This document shows positions 63,941-64,000 of a stretch of DNA of 64,000 nt, in pieces. This DNA is from Raillietiella orientalis. Its lineage: Eukaryota. Numbering within the stretch: position 1 is the first letter of the stretch; every line of letters begins with the position of its first letter. The notes under the pieces are model-generated. The model worked only from the letters and a program-made list of their open reading frames with translations. It was not told the origin of the DNA and did no database searches. The position numbers were made by a program, and so were the translations under genes. The DNA is taken from assembly GCA_036172245.1 (NCBI GenBank), contig JAYWIR010000026.1:2604001-2668000 (forward strand), read 5' to 3'.

Positions 63941-64000
63941 GGTTAACCTTAAGGATAGATCTCAATAAAGAGCTCCACGTTTTTATTTTAGGCCTAAGCA

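Larger units (their letters stand above)
58700..64000 (+). repeat. Tandem segmental duplication unit E (runs off the window)
   Basis: Near-identical to unit C. Confidence 0.95.

Noticed and set aside
1..64000. CRISPR array, retron, DGR, group II intron or other prokaryotic RT system
   Set aside because: No regular repeat-spacer array or operon structure. The RTs are eukaryotic non-LTR type, and spliceosomal introns and a NUMT indicate an animal nuclear locus.

Overview
Animal (probably arthropod) nuclear DNA, not prokaryotic. Most of the window is a mosaic of truncated, frameshifted non-LTR retrotransposon ORF1/ORF2 fragments (L1/Tx1-like and other APE-RT types) in both orientations, plus one decayed LTR-type integrase. 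Over this lies a tandem segmental-duplication array of five units (A ~7.5-18.1 kb, B ~18.1-30.4, C ~30.4-36.5, D ~44.4-58.7, E ~58.7-end). Each unit carries a two-exon 3'-terminal CUB-domain cassette with open frames; four of the five have a downstream AATAAA. I found no 5'/start exon in any unit, and the copy in D has lost its splice acceptor. At 42396-44126 is a mitochondrial insertion (NUMT) built from at least five non-contiguous mtDNA pieces (trnY-trnC-trnQ-nad2, nad1, rrnS, cox3, rrnL). It is flanked by a 67-bp direct duplication and includes an apparently armless 44-nt tRNA-Cys. All calls come from motif reading by eye. Boundaries of decayed elements are approximate, and most ORFs in the supplied track are antisense or off-frame artefacts.
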